Source: the human T2T-CHM13v2.0 reference genome, Homo sapiens. From it: a stretch of DNA of 64,000 nucleotides. The stretch lies in NCBI RefSeq assembly GCF_009914755.1, contig NC_060934.1; one strand, written 5' to 3'. The first letter of the stretch is position 1. Each line of letters begins with the position of its first letter. The notes under the pieces were generated by a model. The model saw nothing but the letters and a program-made list of their open reading frames with translations, was not told where the DNA came from and ran no database searches. The position numbers and the translations under genes were made by a program. Below are positions 59,195-64,000 of this stretch, in pieces.

Positions 59195-59340
59195 CTCAAA
59201 AGCTTGGAAGGTAAGTCCCACGTGAAACCCCTCTGAAACCGTAATCCTCCAGACACATTCCTTGGAAGGTCTGTAGTCATCCGGATAGTTGGGAGATTGA
59301 ATCTGACCGGCATCTTTGTTCATGTCTCCCCCGCAGGTAG
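59195..59340 (-). CDS. TLL2: TLL2 exon 12 (CUB2 N-terminal part)
   Basis: ctaaag|(A)[30 protein letters not shown]...FQAFE|gtgagt; 146 nt. Confidence 0.96.
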
Positions 59341-59435
59341 CTTTAGAAAGAGACATCAGGAGAGGAAGACGGGGGCCCTGGTCAGATCTTACTTAGGAAG
59401 GAAGGTTGGGGAGGCGGGGGGAACAGCGCTTGCCA

Positions 59436-59449
59436 CCACTAGGTGGCTC
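59436..59449 (+). promoter_or_regulatory. Candidate CTCF site
   Basis: CCACTAGGTGGCTC matches the CTCF core. Confidence 0.6.
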
Positions 59450-59561
59450 CGCTCACCAACATTTTCATCTCCAGCCCACAAACACCGCGCCTCCAGAAAG
59501 GCACGATTGCATTTGTCTTTAACTCTGAATTTTTTTCATATAAAGAAAAAACCACATAAAG

Positions 59562-59730
59562 CAGTGGTTCTCTAACTTCGCTGTGCATCAAAATCGCCTG
59601 AGGGAGTTTGCAAACTGTGGAAGCTGGGGCCACACTCCCCAGAGGTTCTGATTCCAGTGGGTGTTGGGGAGCGCTGCGTAGCCGTGAAGTTCCCCAGGTG
59701 ATTCAAGGTAGAGAGTACAGGACCGCTGGT
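59562..59730. mobile_element. MER5A-like element
   Basis: CAGTGGTTCTC...GCATCAAAATCGCCTG...CCCCAGAGGTTCTGATT...CCCCAGGTGATTC. Confidence 0.75.
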
Positions 59731-60505
59731 AGGAAAGGACCCGTGCGCGCACACGTGCACACATGCGCACACATGCACATTACTTATTTTACAAAGACAA
59801 AACTTTGGCCTCTCTAAAATTGTAATAATTTAAGGCCGAAGGACCCTTGGTAATGTAAGGCCAAAGGACCCTTGGTAATTTTCTGGTAGTTTTCCCCTTT
59901 CTTTTTTTTTTTTTTTTTTTGGTAGAGGGTACGGTGGGGTGGGGAATGAGCCAGAGAAGCTCAAGACATAGAAGAAATAGAAGCACCATCACCTGGTGGC
60001 AGCTGCCTAGAGCCCAGACCTATTGGTTCCCTCTACTCAGCCACCAGGGTAGCCTCAGAGGCCCTTCTAAGAAACGCAGTTGGAAATTCCTTGATGTTGC
60101 CCAAAGTCTTCTTTTCACAAAGGAAACAAACAGAGGCCTAGAGAGGTCAGATTCTTTGCTTAGGCTCACACAGCAATTCAGAGGCTGCTATCATTTCCAC
60201 AGGGTTCTAGATCCCCCCAATACCGTCCTGTATGGGGGAAGCCGACTCCTCAGCTGGCCTGGAATGAGGGTTGAGTGGGATGGCGTCAGAAGGATGGCAC
60301 TACTTCTGAAGTGGGCACAGCTGGCCTCTGCTTCCAGAATGTTGCAGGAGGGGCTGTGGAATCCTCAGCTTGCCCCCTGTGGTGGCTGCCCCCACCCCTG
60401 TGGCTCTGGCCTGGAGTGTCTGGGCTGGGAGAGGGACAGTGGGCTGCCTGGGAAGGACAGAGCTTATGAGGGGCCACCGAGCAGCTGCTTTCACCTCGCA
60501 CAAAC

Positions 60506-60622
60506 CTTCGTACGCTGCAAAGAAGCCCTTGCCCAAGATGTTGCTGCTGCTGCGGAACTCCACCCAGAGCCGGCTGTCCGTGGAGACGAGGGGCTCCGGG
60601 ATCTTATCGCCACAAAACCTGC
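60506..60622 (-). CDS. TLL2: TLL2 exon 11 (CUB1 C-terminal part)
   Basis: ttccag|(G)[39 protein letters not shown]|gtttgt; 117 nt. Confidence 0.95.
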
Positions 60623-62092
60623 CTGGAAAGTGGAAAAAGAAGCAGTTAGGAGCCCTGGGGACAGCAAGAAGGCACTGGCTTCAGGCTAGGAGGAAGCTGA
60701 GGTTCTTCACACGTGGTTTGAAGTGAGCAATAACCCTGGCTGGGACAACTTATCCTGTAGCACACACAGGATCAAAAGATGGGATTGGAAGAGTCACACA
60801 ATAATGTGTGACTTAATTCTTTTTCAGGCTGACTTCAGGAGAATTCCAAATTCCCATCAAAGTATCCAGAGAAGAGCCCAGGCAGCCTCTCCCCTGCCGA
60901 GGGGTGTTGCTGAGGCTCTGAAGGTGAGGCAGGGGAAGAATGGTGAGAGAATAGAGCAGATTTCCTTTCCTGGTATTTCCTGTTGCATGTATACCCTTCC
61001 CTTTTGGGGGCATTAGACATCTGCTTTCCTTGACTTGGGAAGGGATGCCAGGGAAAACACAGCAAAGAAATAAAACCATCTTGGCGTTTACATTTCACAA
61101 GCCTAGTTGCAATAGCAAAGATTTGGAAGGATGCACCATATTTTCCCCATCCTGGTAGCCGTAGGAGGGTTCCTAGGATGGAGGAGTGACAGGACTAGCG
61201 GGAGAGCAGCAGGGAGCCCCTAAAAGGACCCATTCCCCATCTCACCTTGAGAAAGAGATCCCAGGTAGGTTTAAGAATCTAAGAGAAGCAGAAAACTGTG
61301 TCCTCAGTCCTTGGGCAGAGTCCAGAGTGGCAGCAAGACCCTGGATTCCCCTGTTGTGCCCACCCGCCAAGGTCAGCATAGAAGTGTCTATGTGATTGTC
61401 CAGACATTTGGCCCTGAGACAGGCATGCAGAGCTCTTCAGGCAAAGTGTGGCAGGATGGCAGCAACATGATTCCAGGCCCAAGAGGGGGATGGAAGTGAC
61501 TTTCCCACAGCTGAGAGGATTAGGGGAGCCATAGAATGTCTCCCAAGCTTCTAGGGGAATGTAGACCTGCACCATTCTGAACTGGCCTAGGGTTGATAAA
61601 AGGAGGAAGCCCAGTAGCCTGTATCTGGATAGAGGACTCATTGGTTAGGGATGAGAACATCCCAGCAATGCCAGTCAGGGTGGCAGGATAGATGCCCCCC
61701 GCCACCACCATGCCTTGGCATAAACTATGCCCCCAACCAGGACATACAAATTGACCAAAACTGAAAACACAAATTGACCAAAATCAAGTCCCTACTACCT
61801 GATGGAAAGGGGGATCATCATAGACAAACTTTTGTTATCGAGAAAAAAAATTAATACATTTGTATTTTCTTAGACACTTGGGTGCATGGTCTGAAATCTG
61901 GAGCCTCCACAGAGGCCTGGTCTTCCCAGTACCTGGTCATTCTTGGCCATCTAATCCCTACTGCCACGTCAGGATGGCAGCCCAGGGCGAGGTGGGAGAT
62001 GGGTTCATCTTTACTGAATGGTTCAGAACACAGGCCAGCCACGGTCTATTTGGACTAGAAGACCATGGTTCTACCAAGCACCTATTGCATGA

Positions 62093-62610
<518 letters not shown>

Positions 62611-64000
62611 TAAAGTCCAATTCACAGATATGTCACGGGTACTCTTACTGCCAGTGCTATGTTAGGCAGTGGACAAACCACGTGAGGCTATGAGCAGGTG
62701 AGGTTAGGGGAGGAGTAAAGGCCACTGTAGGCATCTCCTAAGGGCCAGCTGTGTTGTACATGGTTTGGGGAAACATGGGGGTAAAGGCTGTTAATCTCCT
62801 CTGCTTCCTTCCAATTCTGACCACCTGTAGCCTTTTGGAATTGGGGAGATTAATATTAAGTGAGATGAGATGAAACTCCTGCCAAGAATTTGGCAAGAAA
62901 AAATCCACCAGAAGCCTTTAAATTTTCAGTAATGGTTTCTCTGGCACGGCCAATTAGTGTCAAGTGATTTTTGGAAAATGACAGGCAAGCCTGGGGAAGT
63001 ACTGCTTACCAATGAGGACACGGAGCAATTAGACAGTGCCGGTTCACAAAAGGAATTCCTTCTTAGCCTAGCCCAAGTTTCAAATCCAAGTTTCTCCTTT
63101 TAAAACCCAGCTGTCACAGCCACTGAGGCTTGTTTCCAAAAGAGAGGGAGACTTTCACTGCCTCGTCTCCTAAGGACCTAAGCAGATGAGATGAACCACG
63201 CACCACCCAAGGGCCATTAGACAGCCTGTCTCTGCTGAGTACTCGGCAGGAGGCAGGAATTGCAGCCTGAGGTATATTTTACTGCCTTGGCAAAACTAGA
63301 CTTCGTAGAACAAATTACAAATTATTCCTAAGCACTCTCCCCAAATCACTTTGTCACTCTTAACTAGAATCCTCTACTTTGTCCCTTAACTGATGTCTCA
63401 GTGTTCTCATCTTCACCATAATGGTTCTAATAAAAGCCCCTTTTTTATTGACTATGTCTATGCCAGACACTGTCCTAAGCACTTTACATGGATTATCTCA
63501 TTTCATCCCAATACTCTCTGAATTAGGTACTATTATTAATCCCACTTCACAGACGAGAAAACTGAGAGTCAGAGAATTTAACTCTCAAAGCTGTAAGTAA
63601 GAGCAGGATTTGAACCAGAGCAGTCTGAGACCTTCATCATCAGTATCACTTTCTTCATCATCACCACTACTACCATCAAAAAAAAAAAAAAAAAAAACAA
63701 AACCTTCACTGACTGAGGCACAGTTCTGAACATTGTACAATTTTGGATAGATAGACATCAAATCTACTCTCTAGTAATGTAGATGTCATCCCCATTTCCC
63801 AGTTTGGAAACACACAAGTAGGAATGAAGATCAAAGCCTCAAACCATAAAGCAATTCTGTGGAAATGCCAGGCTTGGCTGTTTGACTCACTGCATCATTT
63901 CTGCTCATTTGGGAGGCTGCCCCTGGCTAGGGAGCCTGAGTAGCCGGGCCACACGACACTGATCGGCCAGCCTGGCCTTTCTGAACTTCCCTCTCCCTAT

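Noticed and set aside
60490-60505. Alternative donor GAG|gtgaaa 11 nt past TLL2 exon 11
   Set aside because: Weak consensus and frameshifting; no other support
59919-60689. 256-aa + strand ORF
   Set aside because: Antisense to TLL2 exon 11; TTG start inside a poly(T) run; no recognisable homology

Overview
Human (primate) genomic DNA from the DNTT-OPALIN-TLL2 locus, recognised from the protein sequences (chr10q24 from memory). It contains the last coding exon and 3'UTR of DNTT/TdT (+, CDS 1436-1522) and the complete OPALIN/TMEM10 gene (-, six coding exons 22194->9242, 141 aa, all introns phase 0). It also holds the last 11 coding exons plus a ~3.5 kb 3'UTR of the tolloid-like protease TLL2 (-, end of CUB1, CUB2, EGF1, CUB3, EGF2, CUB4, CUB5). 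The rest is intronic or intergenic and rich in Alu, L1, L2, MIR, MaLR/ERVL LTR and hAT DNA-transposon remnants. I checked all exon boundaries by hand against GT/AG sites and reading frame. Repeat subfamily names are from memory and approximate. Most interesting observations: (1) a frame-compatible TLL2 exon20->OPALIN exon2 read-through that would give a membrane-anchored tolloid protease; (2) a 39-nt 'stop-then-restart' cassette exon in OPALIN intron 2; (3) a miR-30 site in the TLL2 3'UTR with extended 3' pairing (TDMD-like); (4) a possible BMP1-like short TLL2 isoform; (5) divergent CTCF motifs bracketing OPALIN; (6) an interrupted pentanucleotide repeat in an Alu tail; (7) a truncated L1 carrying a 17-nt candidate 3' transduction. 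None of these is verified beyond the sequence. I see no evidence of a non-human or wholly new gene system.
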